A stretch of 18,620 bases of DNA from Candidatus Krumholzibacteriia bacterium (GTDB taxonomy: Bacteria; Krumholzibacteriota; Krumholzibacteriia; WVZY01). The DNA is taken from positions 1 through 18,620 of the forward strand of contig JBHHVD010000065.1 in assembly GCA_046754105.1 (NCBI GenBank), in the 5' to 3' direction. The translations under genes were made by a program, and so were the position numbers. Shown here in pieces: positions 8,068 through 15,291 of this stretch; the stretch's first letter is position 1; each line of letters starts with the position of its first letter. A model generated the notes under the pieces. It was not told where the DNA came from. It saw only the letters and a list, made by a program, of their open reading frames with translations, and made no database searches.

Positions 8068-9673
8068 GCGTCCGCCGCCCCGCCTCGAGCCGGTAGAAAT
8101 ACACGCCCGATCCCACGCGGGCGCCGGCGCCGTCCCTTCCATTCCATACGATTTCGTGCGGCCCCGCCGTGAAGGGCGCGTCGGCGAGGAGGGCCACCCG
8201 CTTTCCGCGCACGTCGAAGACGGCCAGGCGCACCCCCGAGTCCCGGTCGAGAACGAAGCGGATGCTCGTCGTGGGGTGGAAGGGGTTGGGAAAGTTCTGG
8301 GAGAGGGCGAGCGCGGGCACCGGCGCGGTGGCCGCGATCTCTCCCGAGGTTATTTCCGAGCCATCGGGCTTGACGACGGCGAGCGTGTACCGGTAGCGCT
8401 TGCCGGGGAGCACGGACGTGTCGAGAAAGGTTCTCTCGGCGGCGGGAATCATCCGCTGCTTGTTGACCAGGACGGGTGGTGCGGCCGCGTCCTCTTTTCG
8501 ATAGATTCTGAAGCCCGCGATTTCCTCGTCGGCAAAAATCCGCCACGACAGCTCCAGGCCGTTCGCGTGGCCGCGGGCGTCGAAGCCCAGAATGAAAACC
8601 GGGGAAATGGTCTCGTTCCAGCGGGCAAAACGCAGCGACTGTTTTTGTCCCGCGGTCGTAAACGCCCCGCCCACAAACACGTCCAGGCCGATGATGCCGA
8701 CGGCGCGCACGTCGCTGTCGACGCCGCTGCCCAGGGCGAGCCATGCGCCCCCGTTCCATTGTGCGATGCGGAGCATCCCGGTACCACCCGCAGTCGTGAA
8801 GGCCCCGCCGACATAGACGTTGCCTCCGCCGACGGCGATTGCGGCGACGTCCCCGCCACCCATGCCGCCGCCGAGCGGGGACCACCCGGCGCCGTTCCAC
8901 CTGGCGATCTTGAGGGCGCCGGCGCCGCCGGCGGTCGTAAACGCACCGCCTACGTAGACGTCGCTGCCGCTGACCGCAATGGCATTGACGACGTCACTCA
9001 CACCGCCCCCGAGTGCAGACCACGTGGTTCCGTTCCAGCGCGCAATTCGAAAGGCTCCCATGCCGCCTGCGACGGTGAACGTCCCGCCCACGTAGACGTC
9101 GCTGCCGCTGACCGCGATGGCGTTGACATCAGCACTGACGCCGCTGCCCAGAGCGGACCAGGCGGCCCCGTTCCATCTTGCGATGCGAAGCGCCGCCATG
9201 CCGCCGGCCGTGGTGAACGCCCCGCCCACGTAGACGTCGCTCCCGCTGACCGCGATGGCGTTGACTGTGCTGCTGACACCGCTGCCCAGCGCCGACCACG
9301 TGCTCCCATTCCACCTGGCCACTCTGAACACGGTCGGGCCGCCGACGATCGTGGTGAACGCACCGCCCGCGTAAACGTTGCCGCCGCTGACCGCGATGGC
9401 GTTCACATCACCGCTGAGACCCTGTCCCAGCGAATGCCAGGCGAAACCATCCCAGCGGGCGATGCGGTTTACGGTCATACCGCCGGCGGTGGCGAAGGCG
9501 CCGCCCACGTAGACGTTCACGCCGTCCACGGCGATGGCGTGGACCGGCCCGCTGAGGCCCAGGGTGCTGAATCGGTCGTCCCAGTTCTGATTCTGGGCAA
9601 GCGTCTGTCGGGGCGCGGCCGTAAGGAAAACCTGAATCACCAAAAGGGTCATGAGTAGCCGGGGCACAATCAT
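8039..9673 (-). CDS. Secreted repeat beta-propeller protein with Fn3/Ig-like domain and C-terminal FlgD-Ig/T9SS type A-like sorting domain, 544 aa
   Basis: SD AGGAGG and a signal-peptide-like N-terminus ending TLA|QNQ. Seven ~46-aa repeats. Domain PVFILGFDA..LELSW..IAGFRIYR..FLD..YRYTL. C-terminus QNFPNPF..IRF..VFDVRGKRV..WNGRD..GSGVYFYRL..KMVLAK. Confidence 0.88.
   Translation of the reverse strand: MIVPRLLMTLLVIQVFLTAAPRQTLAQNQNWDDRFSTLGLSGPVHAIAVDGVNVYVGGAFATAGGMTVNRIARWDGFAWHSLGQGLSGDVNAIAVSGGNVYAGGAFTTIVGGPTVFRVARWNGSTWSALGSGVSSTVNAIAVSGSDVYVGGAFTTAGGMAALRIARWNGAAWSALGSGVSADVNAIAVSGSDVYVGGTFTVAGGMGAFRIARWNGTTWSALGGGVSDVVNAIAVSGSDVYVGGAFTTAGGAGALKIARWNGAGWSPLGGGMGGGDVAAIAVGGGNVYVGGAFTTAGGTGMLRIAQWNGGAWLALGSGVDSDVRAVGIIGLDVFVGGAFTTAGQKQSLRFARWNETISPVFILGFDARGHANGLELSWRIFADEEIAGFRIYRKEDAAAPPVLVNKQRMIPAAERTFLDTSVLPGKRYRYTLAVVKPDGSEITSGEIAATAPVPALALSQNFPNPFHPTTSIRFVLDRDSGVRLAVFDVRGKRVALLADAPFTAGPHEIVWNGRDGAGARVGSGVYFYRLEAGRRTLTRKMVLAK
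8615..9544 (-). repeat. Intragenic tandem repeat, 7 units of 138-141 nt (last one partial)
   Basis: Consensus VNAIAVSGSDVYVGGAFTTAGGxxxxRIARWNGxxWSALGSGVSxD. On +, ccgctgaccg recurs at 8967, 9105, 9243 and 9384 (spacing 138, 138, 141). Confidence 0.95.
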
Positions 9674-9739
9674 CTTGTTCCTCCTGGACCTGAAGCAACC
9701 AGTGCGGACTGCCTTGGTGGGCAGGAATGCACGCGGACT

Positions 9740-9770
9740 ATTATTGAGGGAGGGGGCGAATCCTTGTCAA
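9740..9770 (-). promoter_or_regulatory. Candidate sigma70-type promoter for the propeller gene
   Basis: Perfect TTGACA (9770-9765) and AATAAT (9745-9740), with a long 19-nt spacer. Confidence 0.4.
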
Positions 9771-9799
9771 CGCCAAAGATGGACGCGCCCGGCGCGCGA

Positions 9800-10639
9800 T
9801 TACTTCAATCCGATGATATCGAGGGGCGGGGATTCGTCGATGATACCGCGCCCGGCAGCGCGCGTGAACAGGAGCTCGAGCGCCTGCTTGCCCTCTTCTC
9901 TCATGTTCACCGTGTCGTCGTTTACATACATGCGGATGAAGTCGCGGCACGTGTTGCGGTCGATGCCGCGCCCGAACTCCATGGCGTAGTCGACGGCGTC
10001 TTCTTCGTTCTCTCGCGCGTAGACGATGCTCGCCTCCATGCCGGCGGCGATCTTCGCCTGCATCGGCTCGTCGAAGCGACGGTGGATACAATCCAGCCCG
10101 AGCGGAATGGGAAGCCCGGTGTCCTGCATCCACGCCTCGCCCAGATCGAGAATCCGAAAGAGCCCCGAGTCCTTCCACGTGAGCTGCGCCTCGTGGATGA
10201 TGACACCGGCGTCCACCTCGCCGTCCACGATGGCCGGCATGATCGCGTCGAACGGCAACATGACGGGCTGGAAGACGTCCGTCATGTAAAGGCGAAACAG
10301 CAAGTAGGCGGTGGTGTGCGTGCCGGGAATGGCGATGCGGCGGCCGGCGAGGTCACCCAGGCAGACGTTTTCCTTGCACAGCAGCATGGGACCGTAGTTG
10401 CGCCCGACCGAGGCGCCGCAGGCCATGATGCGGTAGTCGCCCGCCACTTGCGGGTAGACGGCGGCCGAGATCGCGGTGACGTCCAGTTCGCCGCGGAGCG
10501 CGCGGTGGTTCAAGGACTCGATGTCCTCCATCACGTGATCGATCTTGTAGCCGTCGATGGTGACCTTTTCCCTGGCGAACGCGTAGAACATAAACGCGTC
10601 GTCCGCATCCGGGCTGTGGCCGATGGTGAGGGTCTTCAA
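9800..10639 (-). CDS. mqnD: 1,4-dihydroxy-6-naphthoate synthase MqnD, 279 aa
   Basis: GHSPDADDAFMFYA, DIESLN, GASVGRNYGP, IAIPGTHTTAYLL, GVIIHE, DLGEAW..TGLPIPLG, YVN. TTG start with SD AGGAG. Confidence 0.93.
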   Translation of the reverse strand: MKTLTIGHSPDADDAFMFYAFAREKVTIDGYKIDHVMEDIESLNHRALRGELDVTAISAAVYPQVAGDYRIMACGASVGRNYGPMLLCKENVCLGDLAGRRIAIPGTHTTAYLLFRLYMTDVFQPVMLPFDAIMPAIVDGEVDAGVIIHEAQLTWKDSGLFRILDLGEAWMQDTGLPIPLGLDCIHRRFDEPMQAKIAAGMEASIVYARENEEDAVDYAMEFGRGIDRNTCRDFIRMYVNDDTVNMREEGKQALELLFTRAAGRGIIDESPPLDIIGLK

Positions 10640-10687
10640 GCAAGGCTCCTTTGCCTGTCTGTCTCAAAACGTGGCGAATCCTTTGCC

Positions 10688-10718
10688 ACTTTACCACAGG
10701 TGTGAAGTCGCATAAACT
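10688..10718. promoter_or_regulatory. Overlapping divergent promoter candidates for mqnD (-) and udk (+)
   Basis: Minus strand: extended -10 TGgTAAAGT (10696-10688). Plus strand: TTTACC (10690-10695)-N17-TAAACT (10713-10718), 9 nt before the udk ATG, which has no SD. Confidence 0.45.
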
Positions 10719-10727
10719 AGATTCGCC

Positions 10728-11441
10728 ATGACCCACATCATCGCCATCGCGGGCCCATCGTGTTCGGGCAAGACGACCATCGCCTGCGAACTCGCGCGCG
10801 CCTTGCAGGCGCGCGTGCAAGCGGCTTCAAACGGACGGCACGCGCAGACCCCGGACGAGGTAAGGAGCGGACAACGAGCACGGGCCCCGGACGGCCCCCC
10901 CGGTGTGGCCGTCATCGGGCTCGATTCCTACTACCACGACCTCTCGCACCTGGCGCCCGAAGAAATCCCTGCTCAGAACCTCGACGAGCCCGGCGCGATC
11001 GAACACGCACTGCTCATAGAGCACCTCGCCGCGCTGGCCGGCGGACAGGCGATCGATAAACCGGTGTACGATCACAAGACCCACAGCCGCAGCGCCGAAC
11101 GGCAGCGCATCGAGCCGGCAACATTCCTCATTATGGAAGGGCTCTTTGCCCTGTACTGGGAAGAGATTCGCCGGCTGACGAAAACCGGCGTCTTTATCGA
11201 TGCCCCGCACGAGCTATGCCTCGCCCGTCGCAGCGAGCGCGACCGCAGCGAGCGCGGCCGAACGAGCGACGAGGTGACCCGCCGCTACAACACGATGGTC
11301 GCGCCCATGTACGACCGGCACGTGTTGCCCACCCGGCGTTACGCCCTCATTATAGTAAACGGAGCCGACGGGGCGGCAATATCGGCCGCCGCCATCGCGG
11401 CGCATGTGACCGGGTCTGCCGCCGGGGGTTGTGCCACGTGA
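10728..11441 (+). CDS. udk: Uridine/cytidine kinase, 237 aa
   Basis: P-loop IAGPSCSGKTT, LDSYY, NLDEP, PVYDHKTHSR, MEGLFAL, RD..ERGRT, PMYDRHVLPTRRYA. Confidence 0.85.
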   Translation: MTHIIAIAGPSCSGKTTIACELARALQARVQAASNGRHAQTPDEVRSGQRARAPDGPPGVAVIGLDSYYHDLSHLAPEEIPAQNLDEPGAIEHALLIEHLAALAGGQAIDKPVYDHKTHSRSAERQRIEPATFLIMEGLFALYWEEIRRLTKTGVFIDAPHELCLARRSERDRSERGRTSDEVTRRYNTMVAPMYDRHVLPTRRYALIIVNGADGAAISAAAIAAHVTGSAAGGCAT

Positions 11442-12364
11442 GCCTGCGCGGTCTCTTTCACCTCGCCGTCATCTACATCGTATGGGGCAGCACCTACCTG
11501 GCGATCCGGGTGGCGGTGCGCGAGGGCGCGGGCTTTCCGCCCTTTACTATGGCGGCGATGCGCGTCTTCGCGGCGAGCGCGATCCTCTTTCTCTGGGGGC
11601 GCGCGCTCAAAGGCCGCTTCCGGCTCACGCGCCGGCAGCTTTTCATCCTCGGCACCTCCGCCATCCTGCTGTGGGTGGGTGGCAACGGCATGGTCGGCTG
11701 GGCCGAACAGCGGGTGGACTCCGGCTACGCTGCGCTGCTCGTCGGGTGCATGCCAATCTGGGTGGCCATCATGGAAGCCCTGATCGACCGCCGCCGCCCC
11801 TCGCTGCGGCTCTTCGGGGCGCTGCTGGTCGGGCTTTCCGGTATCGCCGTCCTGAACGGCCCGGTTATCCTGAAGGCGGAAACGGGGAGCCTGGCCGCCA
11901 GCCTCGCGCTCGTTTTCGCCACCATCAGTTGGGGTGCGGGCTCGCTGCTCCAACGACGCAACCCCGCGCCCATCGCCCTCGAAGTCAGCTCCGGCTACCA
12001 GCAGGCCATCGGCGGCGCGGGCCTCCTCCTCACCGCCGTGCTGCTGGGCGAGCCCCGGCCGGCGCCGATCCCGCAAGCGTGGACGGCATGGGGGTACCTG
12101 GTCGTCTTTGGCTCCGTGTTCGCCTTCACTTCCTTCGTGAAAGCGCTGCGGCTCTTGCCGACCAACATCGTCATGACCTATGCGTATGTCAACCCGGTGA
12201 TCGCCGTCTTCCTCGGATGGGTCCTCCTCGGTGAAGTGGTGACGTGGTGGACGCTCGGTGGGGCGGTGCTGGTCGTGCTCGGGGTCATGGGCGTGTTCCA
12301 CGAAAAGCGGCGCGAGCAGCGGCCCAGCGGCCAAACGCCCGCCGGGCGACCGCATTCGTTGTAA
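11438..12364 (+). CDS. EamA/DMT-superfamily transporter (YedA-like), 308 aa
   Basis: IYIVWGSTYLAIRVA, GGNGMVGWAE, YLVVFGS..AF, TYAYVNPVIAVFLG, about 10 TM segments. The GTG start overlaps the udk stop (GTGA). Confidence 0.9.
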   Translation: MSLRGLFHLAVIYIVWGSTYLAIRVAVREGAGFPPFTMAAMRVFAASAILFLWGRALKGRFRLTRRQLFILGTSAILLWVGGNGMVGWAEQRVDSGYAALLVGCMPIWVAIMEALIDRRRPSLRLFGALLVGLSGIAVLNGPVILKAETGSLAASLALVFATISWGAGSLLQRRNPAPIALEVSSGYQQAIGGAGLLLTAVLLGEPRPAPIPQAWTAWGYLVVFGSVFAFTSFVKALRLLPTNIVMTYAYVNPVIAVFLGWVLLGEVVTWWTLGGAVLVVLGVMGVFHEKRREQRPSGQTPAGRPHSL

Positions 12365-12377
12365 CTTATTGGTACAA
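12359..12377. promoter_or_regulatory. Imperfect palindrome TTGTA-N9-TACAA, candidate enhancer-binding-protein site
   Basis: ttgtaacttattggtacaa (TGT-N11-ACA), centred about 80 bp upstream of the predicted sigma54 start site. It overlaps the eamA stop. Confidence 0.4.
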
Positions 12378-12420
12378 AATCGCATTACACAGGACCAGCG
12401 ACAAGAGTGCACGCCGATCG

Positions 12421-12435
12421 TGGCACGAAAGTTGC
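12421..12435 (+). promoter_or_regulatory. Sigma54 (RpoN) -24/-12 promoter
   Basis: TGGCACG-AAAG-TTGC is an exact match to TGGCAC-N5-TTGC. It is intergenic and correctly oriented about 120 nt before the kinase ATG. Confidence 0.75.
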
Positions 12436-12552
12436 GACGTTGGAGGGTGCCCGACCCGCCCGCACCGGCAACACGGCCTGCCTGTCATTGCCGCCGGGCA
12501 TCCGGCGCCCGGTCCGCGATCCCGGCCCCGCGCGCGAGACGAGAGACGCACG

Positions 12553-14007
12553 ATGAGCACCGATCCCTGCAAAAACAACACTGAGCCGCCCCGGGGGCTG
12601 TGGACGGACGGCTACCCCCAGGCCGCGGGTGGCGATGTGCCGATCACGGACATCTTGCCCGCGCATCTGCTGCTGGTGGTCGTCATGGTCGTGATTTTTA
12701 CGGCCGAAGTCCTCGTCATGAGCCTGCTGCACGAGCATCCACCGCCCGTCGGACAGTTCACCACCTGGCTCCTGGACTCGGCGCTGCTGATCGTGCTCGT
12801 GTTCCCCGCCCTCTATTTCTTTTTGCACCGGCCGATGAGCCACAGGTTCGCCAGAATCCAGCAAGGGAAAAGGCAGGTCGACGAGGCGTTTTCTCTGCTG
12901 TGCGGAACGCTCGAAGCCGCAACGGACGGCATACTGGTCCTCGACAACGACGGCAAGGCCGTGACCTTCAGCCGCAGGTGCAAGGAGATGTGGCGCGTCC
13001 CCGACGACATCGTCGTGAATTGGGACAACGACCGCCTGCTGGAGTTCACCCTGGATCAGCTGAAGGACCCGGAAGGGTATCTGGCCGGCATGCGCGAGCT
13101 GAGGGGGCAGCCGTACCGCGAGAGCCAGGACGTTCTCGAGTTCAAGGACGGCAGGGCATTCGAGCGGTCTTCCCGGCCGCAGTGGCAGAACGGCGAGGTC
13201 GTCGGCCGGGTGTGGACCTTTCACGACGTGACCGGGCGGGAGCAGGGGATGCGAAACATGCGCAAGGCAAAAGAGCTGGCGGAATCCGCGAGCCGGTCGA
13301 AATCAGCGTTTCTGGCCAACATCTCCCACGAGTTGCGCACGCCGCTAAACGCCATCATCGGGTTTTCGGACGTGCTGAAAGACGGCCACTACGGGGCGCT
13401 CGAGCCGAAACAGATGGAATACCTCGAGCATATAAGAGAAGGCGGAGCGCATCTCGCCTCACTCATTAACGACGTGATCGCTGTCTCGCAGGTCGAAAGC
13501 AGGATAGCGACGCCCACGCTGTCCCGGGTGGACGTGCCGGGTCTCTTGAGAGACAGCGTCGGCGCGAAGAGCGAAAGAGCCGCCGCGAAAAACCTCAGCC
13601 TCGAGGTGGATATCGCGCCAGAGGTCGAGGGTCTGGAAATTTCCGCAGACGAGGAAGGGCTCAGTAAAGTCGTCGGAGGTTTTCTCTCGAACGCGATAAC
13701 GTTTACGCCTGAAGGCGGTGTTATCACGACCAGCGCGAGCCAGATCGGTGAAGAGCTTATTGTCAGCGTAACCGACGCCGGCGTGGGCATCTCACCGGCA
13801 GACCAGGCGCGGATCTTCGAACCGCTGTTTCAAGTCAGGGGCGGACTCGCCGACAAGACGCCCGGCCTGGGATTGGGCCTTTCCATCTGCAGAGGCATCG
13901 TGGAGATGCACGGGGGACGGATTTGGGTGGAGAGCGACGGCGAAGGAAAAGGGAGTCGTTTCAGCTTTGCGCTGCCGTTGAATCAACGCGTCGGGGTAAC
14001 CGGATGA
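12553..14007 (+). CDS. Membrane-anchored PAS-domain sensor histidine kinase (2 TM, PAS, HisKA, HATPase_c), ~484 aa
   Basis: Two hydrophobic helices. PAS (DGILVLD...FKDGRAFERSSRP...GRVWTFHDVT). H-box FLANISHELRTPLNAIIGF, N-box LSNAITFT, G1 VTDAGVGI, G2 GLGLGLSIC. Start uncertain. Confidence 0.88.
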   Translation: MSTDPCKNNTEPPRGLWTDGYPQAAGGDVPITDILPAHLLLVVVMVVIFTAEVLVMSLLHEHPPPVGQFTTWLLDSALLIVLVFPALYFFLHRPMSHRFARIQQGKRQVDEAFSLLCGTLEAATDGILVLDNDGKAVTFSRRCKEMWRVPDDIVVNWDNDRLLEFTLDQLKDPEGYLAGMRELRGQPYRESQDVLEFKDGRAFERSSRPQWQNGEVVGRVWTFHDVTGREQGMRNMRKAKELAESASRSKSAFLANISHELRTPLNAIIGFSDVLKDGHYGALEPKQMEYLEHIREGGAHLASLINDVIAVSQVESRIATPTLSRVDVPGLLRDSVGAKSERAAAKNLSLEVDIAPEVEGLEISADEEGLSKVVGGFLSNAITFTPEGGVITTSASQIGEELIVSVTDAGVGISPADQARIFEPLFQVRGGLADKTPGLGLGLSICRGIVEMHGGRIWVESDGEGKGSRFSFALPLNQRVGVTG

Positions 14008-14032
14008 ACGGGGCCTGCGCGATCCGCAAGCA

Positions 14033-15184
14033 TCAACCCGCCGCGGAGAGATTGCTCAAACGCAGGATGATCGGCGGCAGCTCTTCGAGGACGCCTTCGA
14101 TTTCTTCCATGGTTGTATAACGACTGAGTGAAAAACGGATGGACCCGTGGGCGACTTCGGGCGGCACGCCCATGGCCTTGAGGACGTGGGAAGGCTCGAC
14201 GGCGCCCGTGGTACACGCCGACCCCGACGACGCGCAAATACCCATTTCATCCATGAGCAAGAGAATCGCCTCCCCTTCGATGCCGGCAAAACTGATGTTC
14301 GACGTGTTGGGCAGCCGCAGCTCGGGCACACCGTTCAGACGGGCGTTGTGAATCGAGGAGAGGACCTCCCGCTCGAGGACGTCGCGCAATTTGCGCGTTT
14401 CCTCGACGCCGCCGGCGAGGTAGTCCCGCGCCAGCTCCATCGCCTTCCCGAATCCCACGATATGGGAAATGTTTTCCGTGCCGCTTCGCCGGCCCTTTTC
14501 CTGGCCGCCGCCGTAGAGGAGCGGGTTCATGCGTGTGCCGCGGCGGATAAACAAGAGCCCCACGCCCTTGGGCGCGTGCAGCTTGTGGCCGGAAAGCGAG
14601 AGCAGATCCACCTCGGTCATCGCCATATCGAGCGGAATCTTGCCCGCGGCCTGCACGGCGTCCACGTGCAGCGGGATCCCGTAGGGTTTGACCATGTGCA
14701 CGATGTCGTCCAAGGGAAATATGACGCCGGTCTCGTTGTTGGCCCAGATGAGGGAAACCAGCGCCGTGTCGTCGGTGATCGCGTCGCGCAGCGCGCCGAG
14801 GTCGAGTTGGCCGCCTTCGTCCACGCCGACGTGCGTGACGCGGTACCCGAGCTTCGTCATGTATTTGCACGTGCTGTGGACCGATGAATGCTCGGTCGTG
14901 GAGGTGACGATGTGGCGCTTCTCCGGGTCGGCCTCCAGCACGCCGCGGATGGCCGTGTTGTTGCTTTCCGTCCCGCAGCTCGTAAACGTGATCTCCGCCT
15001 CGCGGCAGTTGAGAAACTCGGCCGCCTGCTCCCGTGCTTCCTTGAGCGCGACGGCTCCCCTGGTGCCAAGCTGGTGCGTGCTCGACGGGTTGCCGTAGAT
15101 CTCGGTCAGATAGGGCAGCATCGCCTCGAAGACCTCGGGGGCAATGCGCGTGGAGGCGTTGTTGTCGAGATAGATGGGGTCCAT
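14033..15184 (-). CDS. nifS: Group I cysteine desulfurase (NifS/IscS), 383 aa
   Basis: IYLDNNAST, YGNPSSTH, FTSCGTESNN, ANNETG, HVDAVQ, PLP-lysine SGHKLHAPKGVG, RSGTEN, catalytic SSGSACT. Confidence 0.92.
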   Translation of the reverse strand: MDPIYLDNNASTRIAPEVFEAMLPYLTEIYGNPSSTHQLGTRGAVALKEAREQAAEFLNCREAEITFTSCGTESNNTAIRGVLEADPEKRHIVTSTTEHSSVHSTCKYMTKLGYRVTHVGVDEGGQLDLGALRDAITDDTALVSLIWANNETGVIFPLDDIVHMVKPYGIPLHVDAVQAAGKIPLDMAMTEVDLLSLSGHKLHAPKGVGLLFIRRGTRMNPLLYGGGQEKGRRSGTENISHIVGFGKAMELARDYLAGGVEETRKLRDVLEREVLSSIHNARLNGVPELRLPNTSNISFAGIEGEAILLLMDEMGICASSGSACTTGAVEPSHVLKAMGVPPEVAHGSIRFSLSRYTTMEEIEGVLEELPPIILRLSNLSAAG

Positions 15185-15195
15185 GGCCCTCTAAA

Positions 15196-15222
15196 ATTAT
15201 AGCCTGCAGAGCGCACTGTCAA
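15196..15222 (-). promoter_or_regulatory. Sigma70-type promoter for nifS
   Basis: Perfect TTGACA (15222-15217) and TATAAT (15201-15196) with a 15-nt spacer, or TAATTT at 17 nt. TATAAT is 11 nt before the ATG. Confidence 0.65.
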
Positions 15223-15256
15223 GGCCGGCACGGAAGCGCCGCCGCGCAATTGCCGA

Positions 15257-15285
15257 TTGAGCCGGCGCGGTCGATCTGCCATGCT
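15257..15285 (+). promoter_or_regulatory. Sigma70-type promoter for ndh, probably leaderless transcript
   Basis: TTGAGC (15257-15262)-N17-CATGCT (15280-15285) with extended TGn. ATG 15292 lies 6 nt after the -10, and there is no SD. Confidence 0.5.
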
Positions 15286-15291
15286 GTCCGT

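Noticed and set aside
8615..9544. Regularly spaced repeats as a CRISPR array or DGR template/variable repeat
   Set aside because: The period of 138-141 nt is a multiple of 3 and in frame within a protein. There are no unique spacers, and no cas or reverse transcriptase gene in the window.
7940..9658. 572-aa repetitive ORF on +
   Set aside because: It is the antisense frame of the propeller gene and its repeats mirror the real repeats. The - strand ORF has the SD, signal peptide and recognisable CTD.
10640..10727. Rex operator (TTGTGAA-N4-TTCACAA) near mqnD or ndh
   Set aside because: Only a half-site-like TGTGAA at 10701-10706 is present, with no matching second half. None was seen upstream of ndh.
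14033..15184. Nitrogen fixation or DNA phosphorothioation (dndA) locus
   Set aside because: There are no nif or dnd/ssp genes in the window. The sigma54 promoter belongs to the convergent kinase, not to nifS.
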